Positions 13,401-28,400 of a DNA stretch of 64,000 bases are shown one piece after another. The position numbers and the translations under genes are program-made. The notes under the pieces were generated by a model that worked only from the letters and a program-made list of their open reading frames with translations, ran no database searches and had not been told where the DNA came from. The stretch is from Octopus vulgaris (lineage: Eukaryota), in contig OX597830.1 of assembly GCA_951406725.2 (NCBI GenBank), positions 45,012,001 to 45,076,000 of the forward strand. Reading direction: 5' to 3'. Numbering within the stretch: position 1 is the stretch's first letter; each line of letters begins with the position of its first letter.

Positions 13401-16400
13401 GGAAGTTATCTATCTTGACTTTGCTAAAGCCTTCAATTCTGTGCCACAGAAACGACTCATAGCAAAACTCTCTGCAATGGTTGTGAAAGTTGATCTTTGT
13501 AACTAGTTAAGTCCTTCATTCTCAGTCGAAAAGAGGTAATCACAGTTCTAAAACATCAATCTTCACCCTATGAGATGACATCTGGTGTACTACAGGAGTC
13601 CTTTTTTGGACCCCTGTTGTTTGTTGTATATATTAATGACATAGAACTTGAAATATGTTACAGTGTTCAAATATGCAGACGTTATCACGTTAAAAAGATA
13701 AAAAGAACAAATTTTATCTGCTATAGACCTTTCCTGCAATCAGACCTGGACACAATGCAGCAGTGGATTATTAACTGACAACTCAAGCTAGCTGTTGACA
13801 AGTGCATCATTATGCATTTTGAAAGGAAAATCGCAGCTTTTATATAATCCCTCAACAACACCAATCTTAAGAAGTCAGTTAGTGAATGTGACTTAGGAAT
13901 TACAGTCAACAGTAATCTGTGTTGGACAAACCACATCTTTGAGATTGTCAAGAAGGCTGAAGGTGTCTTAGCATCACTCAGCAAGTCCTTTGTCAGCCAC
14001 TCTTCAGCTATCTATTTGAAGCTGTATATGACTATGGTATATCCACACTTAGTTTGCATCACCAGGGTGGGACGCCTATCTTGCTCAGCATATCAATCTC
14101 CTGGAAACTGTCCAGAAATGTGCAACCAGATGAATACTTGCTGTCAGGCATCTATCATACCCTGAATGTCCTGCTTCTCTGGGCATGGACACATTAAAGC
14201 TCTGACGTTTGGCAACTGACTTGGTAAACTCCCACAAGATTATCCAACATCTTTCCAACAACAACCTTGGGAACCTTTTTGAATTTGTACATGTGTTGTA
14301 TGTATATATATGTATTGTGGTTCTGTGAGGTGTATGTACCTATGGTTATGTATTGCTATGTGTATGTATTTGTAGATGTTTGTGTACTTGTGCGAGTATT
14401 TGCATCTGCATGCTTGCAAAGATCTGAAGGAGAATTAGATAAGAGAGAACAAATACATACGCAAAAGGAAAGAGAAAGAGACAAAGAGAAAATGGGAGGG
14501 GGAGGAGAGATGAAGAGAAAGAGAAGAGGAGGGGTATCTGAAGAGAAGACAGGGTTTTACATCAAACCATCTTGGAATGCTGCAACTCCTTCAGCATCAA
14601 CATTGCTGAACTGACCACTTCATCAGGATGTGCTCCTTCCATCAATAGCTTGATGAGCACCAAACAAGGCATGCTGCAGCTAGATTGTCCCCAACATCTA
14701 TCTCATTGGTTCCCTGTCTCACTTGTGGAAAATTCTGCTGCTTGGCTTTTGGTATCCACTCACATCAGTGTGTTCACCAACTGCATTTGGCATCAACTTG
14801 AAGGAATGTTGTCATCTTCAGGGTGGTAGGATCTTCAAGCTAAGCTATCTCTTCTCTCGCCACTATGACCCTATAATTCTCCTTCAACAACACTATCTAG
14901 ATCCTCATCAACTTCATCTATTTTTGCTTTTACATGTTACCTTTCCTTCACACCTTCTGGTTATACTCACATTTATATTGTGGAATAGCCCACATTAGAT
15001 TTGCTAGAACAGATCTGTTCTCACACATACTGACATATATATACAAATTGAATATAAGTTTATTAATCATGTTAATTGTGTAAAATCCTGAAGAAGACAG
15101 TAGTGCACATATTTCCCTTAAAGATCCATGAAATTTGTATAAAACATTTTTAAGATAATTGATACGGTAAAAAAAATTATATAATAAAGAAAGCCATACT
15201 GAGGTTAATAGGTCATTGCCATAGAGAATAGTTGCTAAGGCAGCCAAAACATGACCTTCTCGAATGAGGTCAGTAACGGATGGTTCTTTCAAGTTCCAAA
15301 CAACTGCAGCATTGGACAAGCTAGCTTCATAGATGGGGCTGGTGTCTGCCAAACAAGAAAAAATCATTAGAATTAGTTAAATGATGATCTACATACAACT
15401 AAAACTAAAACATGTGCATAATAGTGTACCAATATGCATGTCATTTGTTGTGCAGTATAGAAATGGAGATTAATGATTTGGGAAGAAGATAGCTCTAAAA
15501 TATTTATAGCTGGTCCTTCTTACAGCAAACATACATAAACCTCTTGCATTTCCCAAAGCAATTTTGCAACTGTCTGCATACGGTCCTTCAGTATTTCTCT
15601 CCTTTGCAACTGATTTTCCTGTCTACCTAAGAGTGCAATTCAAATTAAGCACAACAGAAATCTTGCTTTCTTTCTATTAGTTATAATCATGTTTCTAACG
15701 TGACATATTTGAAAGAAAAGCTACTCCATATTTATATGCAGTGAGTGCATGTGTGTGATGAGAAATCATTTAAAGCCCTTGTGAAAGACATAAGTGTCAC
15801 AACCTTTTCTATATGATTGATTGATTCTAGTTTCAGCTCATGAGCTGTGGCCATGCTGGGGCACCGTCATTTGGTGAAAGAGTACAGCAGGGATCACCAC
15901 CATCCCTGCCGGAGCCACGTGGAGCTTTTAGCTGTTTTCGCTCAATAAACACTCACAACGCCCAGTCTGGGAATCGAAACCGCGATCCTACGACCGCGAG
16001 TCCGCTGCCCTAACCACTGGGCCATTGCGCCTCCAGAAGAAACATAATATGTCAGAAGAAACATAATATTTAATGCATAAATTATATATTGAAACAATTA
16101 ACTGAACTAATAAGATGTCAATGAACTAAATAGATTTCTGAATTACAGTGTGTAAACATTATCAACAATTAAATTACAGCTATAAATACAATTCAAAATT
16201 TTGTAAGTGCATCAATAATCTATTTGCACTGATGCTCTGCATGAATCTATTATGTTATAAAATCTATCAACTCACCATAAGGGTTTATAGATAAAGCATA
16301 AAAGCTGTTAAACATCTTCATCCACATGTCTTCATTACTCTCAAAGTATTGCAAGGATAATTGCTTGGGGCTAATCCTAGAAGAAAAGAAAATATCAATG

Positions 16401-19400
16401 AGCATTCTAATTTTTTAAAAATTACATTAATAATTTAGGGCACTTTTACAAATTTCAGATATTATTAATATCTTTTGGCAAGATTTTGTAGGTGAGCAAT
16501 ATTGATGGTGCTCAACTTCGCTATATTACTTATTTTTATTGACTTCTGTGAAATGAAAATCAAAGTTGATCTCAAAAGGATTTGATCTTAGTACATTTAA
16601 CTATCAATAGATCCACTATGAAGCTCTCATAAAGAATTTGTGTTCATATAGCATTTATAAAGGAAGTCCTGAGAACAACTCAGTGCTACAAGGGAAGAAA
16701 AATATTTATTTACAGTGCTGCTGCTAATAGCAACGGTGGGTTATTCTTACAATGAAACATAAATTTACAACTGGATAAATTGTAAAATTTGAGTGTCACT
16801 GTCTTCACTGAAGACACTAAGTGTAGCTTTCAAAATACAAAACAGTTCAGATACTTTGTCTTATACATTATCAACTTACTTATCTTCAATGTGAGAATCA
16901 GGTATAATGAAATTAAATTCTCAGATCCATTGCTCCAGATGTATCATGCTCCATGATTATAAAAGGATCATACCGTGTGTGCTCTCAGATAGAACATGTT
17001 TCACTGTATGAGTGCACAGTGTGGCATTTTAAACTTGTTGCACTTTCTTCATCATTCATGCTATTCTATAAGTCTACACAGAATGTAGTAACCTTAGAGA
17101 AAAATGTGAAACAGTGTAACTAAACTCCAACTTTGCAGTAGATGAAGGAAAGGAAGGTGAAAGAAAAATTAAAACTATTTTGTAAAAGTAAACAACAGGC
17201 TGCATACTTATGAATCTGGCAATATTTCCACAGCAGATAACCAAAGTTGTTCTTGGTACAATAAGCAATCATATCTTGGTGGAATTGGCGTAATTCTATA
17301 GAACATGTTTTCACTTCAGTTATTGGAGAAGGAAGTTTTAAAACACCTTTTAAGTGGTTCAACAAATGAAGGAACATTGCAAAATTGCGAGTCAATAATG
17401 AAGGATCCAGAACTCCGTTTCTGAGGAAAGAAAAATTGAAACAAATTATGCATAAAAACAGCAAGTAATACTGAAAAAAGAAATTACAATTATACACTTG
17501 CACACATGTTTTATACTGCTTCAATGAGAGACTCCCAACTTGGTAGATAAGCCTTCTCTTACCATCAGCATGCATAAAAGGGGCAAAGAGAGTGAGATAC
17601 ATCTTAAGAATTGGCTAGTGTTGTGGATCATTGTTTAGTGCAGGGTCACTTCTCAGATTCTGCACTAAACATATTTTTCAAATCTTGCACTAAACATATT
17701 CTCTCACTGAAAACTCCACTTAAACTTTCTGCCAATGTATCTCCTCAATTACTAACTTACTAACTGACAACAATTTAAATAAAGCATCTTTACCAACAGT
17801 GGCTATTGTTGCTCCTTCTCAGAATAGCAATTTGATACTAGACAAAGTATAGACAATCTTAAAAATTCATAAATTAGTCTCTGTGACTGTGGTTTCTCTC
17901 AGTGTTTTCTTGAGCTAATTTAAAGCATGGTGTTAGTCAACAGAACGACTCTCCAAATATGCAATGATTCAGTCTTATTTGTTGGTTGTTTTGGTGACAC
18001 AGTAAAAGAACATCACTTAAAGAATGTTAAGATCTAATATTTCTCACACCATGAACTTTAAAAGTCATATAGGAAACAAAATCAACTCTAGTATAAAGAC
18101 AAAATCTAAAAGTTATTATTACTTTATAGGGTAGTCATTAAAAATAGCATTTAATTCTAAGACCTTTGTACACACGAAAACAATTTTTATAGAGTTTAAT
18201 ACACCTCAATCCAGTTGTTGACAGAGGCAGGCTTCATTGAATGTTTTAACTCAAACAAGAATGGGAAAACATAGTCAATGAAATGATACAAATTAATTTA
18301 ATTCAGTTAATAATTAAATTACTACAGCTTTGATTACATAACAGCACTAGCCCAAAGTGGACTGATTAATAATACTGCTGTTGAACAATTACCTTTGTCG
18401 AGGTTGCCATCATTGTAATCATAAAGAGCGTCAAATGGTATGATATGGTCAAAAATATCATTAGAGCTCTAGAAAATTAATAATCGAGCTTCTTAAAAAC
18501 ATGTTATAGATAATTTTGTTATACACAGATATGATTGACAGAATGAGGTGAACAATAGTCTTCTACATATCTCACTGAATTTTTAACTTTAGAACAATGT
18601 TTTCTTTTTAACTTTTCATACAAAGTGTACTAGCAATTTTTTAAAATCTGATTTCCAGTGAGTCACAATGTCAAAAAATTGAACCACTGATCTAAAATCA
18701 ATGTCTCGAAGCAAATATATTTTCATTTCTAAAGATGATATATTTACAGGATCCTAAACAGTTCATATACTACTACTACTGCTGCTTGTTGTAGTAGTAG
18801 TAGTTGTTGTTTAACATCAAATATTCAAATATTTTGTATCAAAGCAAGTTAGCTAGATCAGTAAAACAGTTTGTCTCTATCAATGTTCATCTACTATATA
18901 TTTGTGTGTAAGAAATAACATTTCAAATACTAGCACACTTCATATAAATTACATCCATGTGCATGTTAATGAGTCAAACTACATACGCTGCTAGTAAAGT
19001 TTGAACCAATTCCTGGAGATAGTTTGTTCCATGAGTCTTTACAATATGAAAAATTTGTTGATAAGAAATATCATCAGGTGGTGTTACTAATTCCTTTTTC
19101 GAACTGATATGTTCAAATAACCAATTTAATGCAGCATCAATCCGGTTGTGGCTGACTAAGTATTCCCACATGACACTGGGAGGAACATTCTGGACAGGAG
19201 CAGCTGCTAGAAATTGAAGAAATAATGTATGCTTATAAATAATATTTATATTTATGAAATTAAGAAGGTACCTTTACAGAATCATTCTGATTTATATAAT
19301 AATAATAATAATGAAATTATTGTATACAGTGCTCAGGTGCACCACAACTTGTCAAGAGTGCGTATAAAGCATATGCATTCATGTACAAATGTCTGGGAAG

Positions 19401-22400
19401 TGAACAGTGTATGAGTAAGATACATGCTTGCGTGTGTATGGAGGGGAGAAAATCAGGTGTAGTGTTGGTGAATCTCAGGAAGCATGGAAGTTTTGAAAGA
19501 TGCAGTGCTCCAACAACAAACAACTGGTGCCGGCAGTTTGTTCCATACTTCAGCAACTCTTAGCGTGAAAAAATGTTTCCGAAAGTCATGCAAGCTGTAC
19601 TGTTTTCTGACTTTGTAAACATGTCAACAGGTGTTAGAGAGATGGAGTTAGAAAAGATGCTCAGAGTTATTGTTTGTACGATGGTTGATAATTTTATGGG
19701 TGTCTGCCAAGTCAGCTGCCAGACGTCGGAGTTTCAATGTATTCATGCCCAGGGAAGTAAGGCGTTCAGAATATGACAAATGCCAGATGGAGGGTATTCT
19801 CTTGGTTGCACGTCACTGAACGGCTTCCAGACGATTAATATCCTGGGCAAGATAGGGGTTCCAGACCGGTGATGCAAATTCCAGGTGAGGTTGCACCATA
19901 GCTATATAAAGCCGCAAATAGATAGCCGGAGAGCGGCTCACAATGGACTTGGTGAGTGATGTCAAGACACTCTCAGCCTTCTTGGCAATTTTAGGCTGAA
20001 ATGCTTTCTTCTATTCCTGTATCTAAGCACCAAATACACGAAAGACACAACCATCTAGTCATCATGGTTGGCCGTCAATTCTTCCAGCCACATACTGAAT
20101 ATTCACCATCATGCAATCTCCTTTAACTATATAGACCCACGATATTGTTGGTCATTCAGGTTTCCTTTTGCCATCAACTTTTTCAGGTTATACCTTAATC
20201 ACTTGCCATCTACATCATTTTTGCTACTACTCACTTAAAACAGGTCAACTTTTACTCTTTGTATAGTATTTGCAGCAGCCTAAGCAAAATAGTAATGGCT
20301 GAATATCATATTAATTATGTGATTGTCATAGTCATTGCTACTATCAACATCTTTACATCTGTTTCCGATACTGACATGATTTCCTAAAGAGATCACTTGT
20401 ACTTTCTTATTTTGGCAAGGTTTCTATAGTTGGATTGTTTTCCTAGCCACAACCATTTAACAAACTGCACTTAATCATTTTATTTTGCTACCAACAGTAG
20501 AGAGATTTTGTTGAGGCCATTTCTACAGATATTCTATAGCCAGCACTGATTTTTGCTACAACGTTTCATATCGAGACGTCAAATGTAAATGAACAATGAG
20601 ATCAAAGATGAAAAATGGGTAATGAGTGTATCTGTCATATTAGTATATTATTATGGTTGCGTAACAAAATACCATGTACCTACAAATCTTTAATATTTAC
20701 ATACCAGCTCCAGGAATGCGTTTAATATGCAAGCGAAATCAAATCAAAATCAAAATCAAAATCACTTCGATGACTGGCATCCGTGCTAGCAGGGTGCAAA
20801 GAGCACCATACAAGTGTGATCGTTGACAAAGCAGCTATTCGAGTATGATCGTCACCAGCATCGCCTTACTGGCACTTATACCTGTGCTAGTAGGGTGCCA
20901 AGAGCACCATCTGAGCATGGTCATTGCCAGAGCAGCCAACTGGCTTCCGTACCCGTGGCACATAAAAGGGCACCATTCGAGCGTGATCGTTACCAACGTC
21001 GCTTCACTGGCACCTGTGTCGGTGGCATGTGTAAAAAGATTCGAGCAAGGACATTGCCAGTACTGCCTGACTTGCCCCCAGTGCAGGTGGCAGGCAAAAT
21101 GCACCCACTACACTCTCGGAGTGGTTGACATTAGGAAGGGCATCCAGCTGTAGAAACTTTGCCAGATCAAGACTGGAGCCTGGTGCAGCCATCTGGTTGC
21201 CAGCCCTCAGTCAAAACCGTCCAACCCATGCTAGCATGGAAAACGGACGTTAAATGATGATGATGATGATGATGTAAATTGGTATATCCAATAACTTAAC
21301 ACTGCTGTATGCAGTGGCTATGAAAGCAATGTGTTCGGAGGGGTGAATGGGTTAGATGGGCGTTGATGGAGGGGCAAGAAGCCCCCACCAAAATATGGCA
21401 TATACCCTCATTACCCATTTTTGTCTTCTATCTCTTTGTTTGTTTACATCGGACGTCTGAATACGAAATGTTGCAGCAAAAATCAGTACTGGCAATAAGT
21501 TCTATAGAATATCTGTAGAAATAAGCTTAACTAAATAATGTAGAAAGCACTGTTAACACAATAGAATGTGGTATTCATCATCATCATCAACATCAAAAAC
21601 ATTTAATGTACTTTATAGTATGTTATGGTTGCATAACAAAATACCACTACCTACAAATCTTTAATAGTAGAGAGATTGTCGTGCCTTCAACCAGACTAAA
21701 GGGTCCTCTCAGTTCAAGATTGCTTCCATTCATTTGCCATCCACTTTATTAGAGTGTACTGGGTGCATTTTATTGTGGCACCAGTATAAGTGTGGTTGCC
21801 TTGTACACCATGAGAACCCTAACTATCCTGTATTTGTGTAAGGCAACATTATTAAGTGCATAAATAGGAGAGAGAGAGAGTGATGTGAAAAGAAGAACTT
21901 GGATGAATGGATGAAAGTAGTCAAAATATAAAAAAAGAAGCAGAGTAAGAGGGAGACGGTGAAGATAGAGACAGTGATGGCAGATAGATATTTGCTTGCA
22001 TAATGGATTATAATAACAGTGGATAAAGTGATGAATGACAAAAAATGAGTGGCCTGGAGAAGAGGGAACAAGAAAGAGTGGTGGTAGAGTCTATTAGTTG
22101 TGAATAGATTGGATGCAAGCCCTCATAAATAGGCATTTTGATGGTAGAGAGTTTGAGTGATAAGGACAGTAGTAGGTGAGACTGAATATGAATGGTGACA
22201 GGTCTGAACAAGCGGAGATAATAGAAAAAGAATCATTCGTTTATTATCTCTCCTATTCAGACCGGTCAACGTAATGGAGCATCTTTTGGTAGAAGCTATC
22301 GCAGTGTTCATGAGTTATTTCATCGAACTTTTCAGATATCAATTGGTGGACCCTACTGAACAAGTTAGATAAGATAGACATGTATTCCCTTACGGCTGGT

Positions 22401-25400
22401 GTAGTTTAACTCTCTTTTTTTTCAAGGCTTGAGCACCAATTGAAAAATTCAAATTTGATTGCAAAGAATTCAAATTTGATTGCAAAGAATCCAAATTTGA
22501 TTGCAAAGAATTCAAATTTGATTGCAAAGAATCCAAACTAGATCGAAAACATCTATATATAACCATAAATATGGATAGGTTTTATGAAATGAAAGTAGAG
22601 AGCAAACAAAATAAACTTAGATTAAAGAGTTCTTCAGATGGCAGATTAAATTTCAAAATATTTAATATAGAAAAATTATCAGAGGAATGAGATGATACAC
22701 ACAAAGATATGTGGTAGATTTGGATAAATCATGCTCACATGGACAAGAGTCATTAAACACTGATGATATTTTGATTAATAAAAGAGTAAGAATGTTGATA
22801 CCTTGACTGGTCATATTGCCATCAAGAATAACCAAATGTCTGGTATCATATGACCAAGACAAAAGCCAATCAAGTTGTACATCACTGTATGGAGAGGTTA
22901 TAGTAGACAAAGATTCCTCAGGTTTGTTAATGCTCACTTCTCCACAGGATGCTTTCATATTAACACATGATGGTGCAATACTCATGCAAGCAGCAATCGG
23001 GTCCACAACTTTCCAGCCACTGTAAGGAAATTGAAATGAGTCATGATATTAATTTTTAAGGAAATCTTTCTCCACACACACACACTCACATATATATATC
23101 ATCATCATCATCATCATCGTTTAGCGTCCGTTTTCCATGCTAGCATGGGTTGGACGGTTCTACTGGGGTCTGTGAAGCCAGAAGGCTTCATCAGGCCCAG
23201 TCAAATCTGGCAGTGTTTCTACGGTTGGATGCCCTTCCTAACGCCAACCACTCCGTGAGTGTAGTGGGTGCTTTTTACGTGCCACCCGCACAGGTGCCAG
23301 ACAGAGCTGGCAAATGGCCACGAACGGATGGTGCTTTTTATGTGCCACCGGCACGAGGACCAGGCGAATCTTCTATATATATAAAAGAGAGATTCTGTCA
23401 GTTTGTGTTTGTCCAAAAAAGTGAAATTAAATTGTTCAAGGGAGGCTATTCTGGAAGCTATTATGTTTTTTCTGTATCCCATATTATGCTGTTGCCTAAT
23501 TTGTCTCAACAAAAATTATGTAGTGGTACAACACTAATTGTGCACAAACCTATGAGGAAGTGCATTGAGGCAAATATTCTCACTGGTTGTGGTAAACGTG
23601 ACAACATCTTCATTCCTCGCATACCAGTTATACCATCTAATGTCCCATTCCAATTTAAGCCCTTACAGTTTCCTATCCCACTTTCTTTTGCCATGAGCAT
23701 TAACAAAACTCAGGGCCAAACACTAAAAGTTGCTGGACTGCACAACTTGAAGAACAAACAGAAGTTCGTATATGAAATCCATTTTTTTTCTACTTCAATT
23801 ATTACAAGTTTTTCCCTTATATAATTCACACATACAGGATGAGTAAACCTAAATCTGTAGTTGTAGTCTCACTCTGGTTAAGATTCGAAGCTGAATCTTT
23901 CAATTCTCCTTGGGCCTATTCAAATGTCAAAAGAAACTGTGACAAATGGGTCTTCCATTTCATCTGTGGCCTTCTCAGTGCATCGCATAGTCACCTGGAT
24001 TCCGTAAAGCTACTCTTTTATATGATATAGCTATTCTTCTAGCTTTATTCACATTCAAACTGAAACTTTCAATTCTCCTTTGGCATACTGTCTGTTCAAA
24101 TGCCAGATTTATTTATAACTTTTACATGTAACCCAAAATGGCCTGAAATAAAAAGGAACTCTTTCTTGATCAACAGGCACACCATAGACATGGTCTCATA
24201 GCATGGGTTTTTCACTTACAATTAAATAAGATGATACACCTCTTTTCAAAGTCATATATCTTTAGGGAAGTTTGCTGTTTCATGTATACAGTGGAATGGC
24301 AGATTACCTCATGCCCATATTTTACTTTGGCTATGCACAAAAATAAACTCGAATCAAATTGATCAACAGAAATTCCTGATCCTGCTACTGATTGGACACT
24401 CTATCACATCGTGGTATTTCATATGGTTCATGGCTCTTGTGGTGCTAAACACCCTCAGTCACCATGCATGAAGGAAGGGAAATGCACAAAAAGAAAAATC
24501 CAAAGAATTTTATTTCTCACACTCAATATGGCAATGATGGATATCCAATGTACAGAAGAAGGAAACCAGAAAATGGAAGACAGTGAGCCAAACCTAGAAA
24601 TCATGAAGTAGACAATCAATGAATAGTTGCTTACTGCCCCATTTCTGTCAAAGACTTTGAATGCTCATATGAATGCAGAGTATTGTAACTCCATCAAGAG
24701 CATAAAGTATGTATGCAAATACATAAATGAAGGCAGTAATGCTGCTTGTCTAGGCTAATGCCGAGTCCAAATGCCTAGCAAGGTGCAAAAATATAAGCCA
24801 TATATACATACACAGAGAGGCAGGCTCATGCACAAATATATTGACAAAAACCATTTGGAAAATACTGTTCATTAAAATTTGATACTTTAAAAATTTCATT
24901 TATAAAAACTATTTCAAATAATAAACAAAACTTACTTTAATGGTAAAATATTTTCTTTAGCCTTTTCATATGAGATACAAGGATAAGTTTGTTGTAATAA
25001 ATGGAAGAAAGTAATTAATTTCTGCTGTTCTTCAGTTGTTTCCGTGAAATAATTAAGAATACAGTCTCTTAACAAGCAATCATTTGTGTAAAGGGCAAAT
25101 TCCCAATATTTTTCTACAGGTTTATAACCCTGGAAAAGCAATAATATTTCCAGTAAATAATTTTAAAAACAAATAGATGTTTATGAAAAATATCTAAGCA
25201 AATTTTAACTTAAAACAGTAAAAATTAAAATTTTAAACTTTTAACCTTACAAGATTTGATATGAGTAGTGATGCTTCATCAAACTTAGCATTCATCAAAT
25301 ATTTAATTCCTTGAAGTAAACCTAAACGAGTAACTTCAGAAAGGCTGGCTAATTCTGGAGAGTTCTGTTGGAGAAGGTAGTATTGGACAATAGGGACAGT

Positions 25401-28400
25401 ATTTTTTCTAATGCTATCTTCAATGGCATCCTGAAATAAAAATAAGAGAAAAATTTAACATGTTGATGGAATATACAACTTGAAAGTATTGAGCATTTAA
25501 GATTGAAGAGTTTAGTGATGACAGTAACTAGCCCAGAAATGGACAGTTTGAAAGTAAAGGGAGGGATCTGTTTTGATTTTCCTATTGCTACAACATTGTC
25601 TGATTTTCTCAATGAACAAGCTATGCACTACCCCTGCACAAACTTATTTGATGTACCAGCTGTTCTCTTTCATCATCCTGCAGTGTTTTATTTCCCAAAT
25701 TCTATAATAAATACTTTTCTCTATCTTTCTACAAATAACTGCAATCTTCTGAACATAAAGTCAGTGTCTGTGAGGGCCTACATAAATGAAATACAATAAT
25801 GAAGAAAATTGAAAATAGATATTTTGAGTATTTCAGAATTGATGTATTGAAATGAAGTGATGCAGACTGATCTCAAAATGTTGCACTACACAAAGGAGAT
25901 GATAAATGAATGTGTTGATTGTTAATATACAGAACTGCAGAAGACTCAACAACTGTGCAAACGTAAACTTGAACATTAAAATGGTGGTAGTGATGGAGGT
26001 TAAGAGGTGTAATATATATGGCATAATATATCTGCTGTTAAGTCCACATCTGTTATCTCTCTCATCTCCTTATCATACATCTCTCTGTGTACTGCATACT
26101 GGCCATGTAATGATGGATGGTTTGGTACCTATTCATAAGGGATTGCATCAGATCTATTTGAACTAAGCATCTCCTACAATCACCCTTTCTCTACTGACAA
26201 TAAGTCATTCATTTTCTTCCAGCTCACTTGTTATTGTTATAGATCACTTAATCCTACCATTGTCTACTTTTTTCTCTCTCCTCCTCATCCCAGTCGCGCT
26301 ATCTCTACCATCATTCTTTTATTCTCCATCATGGCATTAACAAAACGTTGTTGCCATACATGCTGCAAGAGTAAAAAGTCTTCACTCCTCTGAGATGTGG
26401 ACATTCATAAGAGAGATGATAGATGAACCATTCTGGTCCTAGTGCCATGATAAAATGTACCCAGTACAATCTGCTAACTTTTAACAAACCAGTAAAAACT
26501 GATAGCATGGAGAGGACTTTTGGTCTTGATAAGAACATAAAAATCTCACTTGAGCTATCATGATAAAATGCTCCCAGGACACTCTGTAAAATCGTTAGTG
26601 ATGGGAAAAGCATGCAGTAGCAGAACACAAGCCAAAATGCAATATGCATAAAACAAGGTTGAGACAAGTAACTCCTGATAAAATCTTATTGGATCATAAC
26701 AACCAACCCAACTGAAGCCAGCATAGAAAGTGGATGTAAAAAGCACCATCCGTTCGTGTCCGTTGCCAGCCTCGCCTGGCCCCCGTGCCGGTGGCACATA
26801 AAAAGCACCATCCGATCGTGGCCGTTTGCCAGACTCGTCTGGCACCTGTGCAGGTGGCATGTAAAAAGCACCCACTACACTCATGGAGTGGTTGGCATTA
26901 GGAAGGGCATCCAGCCGTAGAAACATTGCCAGATCAAACTGGGCCTGGTGCAGCCTTCTGGCTTCCCAGACCCCAGTTGAACCGTCCAACCCATGCTAGC
27001 ATGGAAAGCGGACTCTAAACGATGATGATGATGATGATGAATGAGGAGGAGAAGGATGGTTTCTCTTGAATAAACTATATTTCATAATCAGATTTCTGAA
27101 GTAAAAGGTCTTACCGTCACATCCATTTCTGACCATTCATTGTACTCAGCTGTGCTGCTCTCTATTGAATTGCAGATTCCTGTTTTAGTATCATCTGTCA
27201 GAGAATTCCGTTTCTTCAAACCAAAAGCATTCATATATGTGCGTACTTTAGCAATATACTGTAGAACAGTTTGGGTCATTGACTCTGTTTCTTGCAAGAC
27301 TTCAAGTGCAATATTGTCTAGTAAAGAATTCTTGAATGCAAGGATATCATTTAGCACAGAATATAAATGATTTAACATTATACCAAGTAGTTGTTGTGCA
27401 AAGAACAAAGACTGTTGTTCAGCCATGTTATCTTCAATACTTTGCAATAACAGTTGGTAAGCTGGTTCTAATGCCTGTAGTTTGGGCAAGCAGCTATTTA
27501 CATTACCATTCTTCTGTTCATTTCCATCAGGTTTTTTCTCATGTGAGAATACTGAAAAATATACATTATACACTCATTAAAAAAGACCTTTTAATTAGTA
27601 ACAAAATCTAAATACTAGCAGAATGTATGTTAAATTTCGGTTATCGTATGAATTGTGTGGTGTAGGCACTTCTGGAAATGTGTGTATTGGGAACTGCTGG
27701 GGCAAGTGTTTTACTTTTCTAATGTATTCTCATCATCATCATTACCATCATTTAATGTCCACTTTCCATATTGGCATGGGTTGGATGGTTTGACTGAAGA
27801 CTGGTAAGCCAGGGTGGGGGTGGGGTTGTTGCACCAGGTTCCAATCTGATTTGGTAAAGATTCTATGGCTGGATGCCCTTCCTAATGCCAACCACTCTGA
27901 GAGTATTGTGAGTGTTTTTTACGTGCCACCGGCAAGGGTGCCATTGACCTGACACCAGCATTGGCCACAACTACGTTCTCACTTGGCTTGGAAGCACGGT
28001 ATATTGTCAAAAGTCTTGGTCACTTCTCACAGCCTACAAGAGGCCCAACACTTGAACCGTGCCTTTTACATGCCACTAGCATGAATGCCAGTCAGATGGC
28101 ACTGGCACTGGCCACGGCTATGATTTCACTTTGACAGGTCTTCACAAGCACAGTATATTGCCGAATGAGTGAAGGGTGCTTTTAACAGGCTAGTTACAAG
28201 ACACTGGCATTGGTCATGACTATAGTCTCACTCGGCTTGATGCCACTGACCCCATAAATAAACTACTTTACAGTTGACAAACAGAATAATGTGCCTTCCT
28301 TAACCCTTTCGTTACTGTATTTATTTTGAGATGCTCTGTGTTTCTTTCAATTACTTTAAATATTACAAAGAATTTAGTAAAATAACTTAATTATCATTCA

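Noticed and set aside
22446-22537. CRISPR-like repeat array
   Set aside because: No spacers; eukaryotic minisatellite.
22794-22801. GTATCA donor of exon 10 as a second U12 site
   Set aside because: Lacks the CCTT of the U12 consensus, and the acceptor has an ordinary pyrimidine tract.
23150-23824. 224-aa ORF as a novel gene
   Set aside because: Chance fusion of antisense RTE tail sequence and a Helitron helicase fragment.
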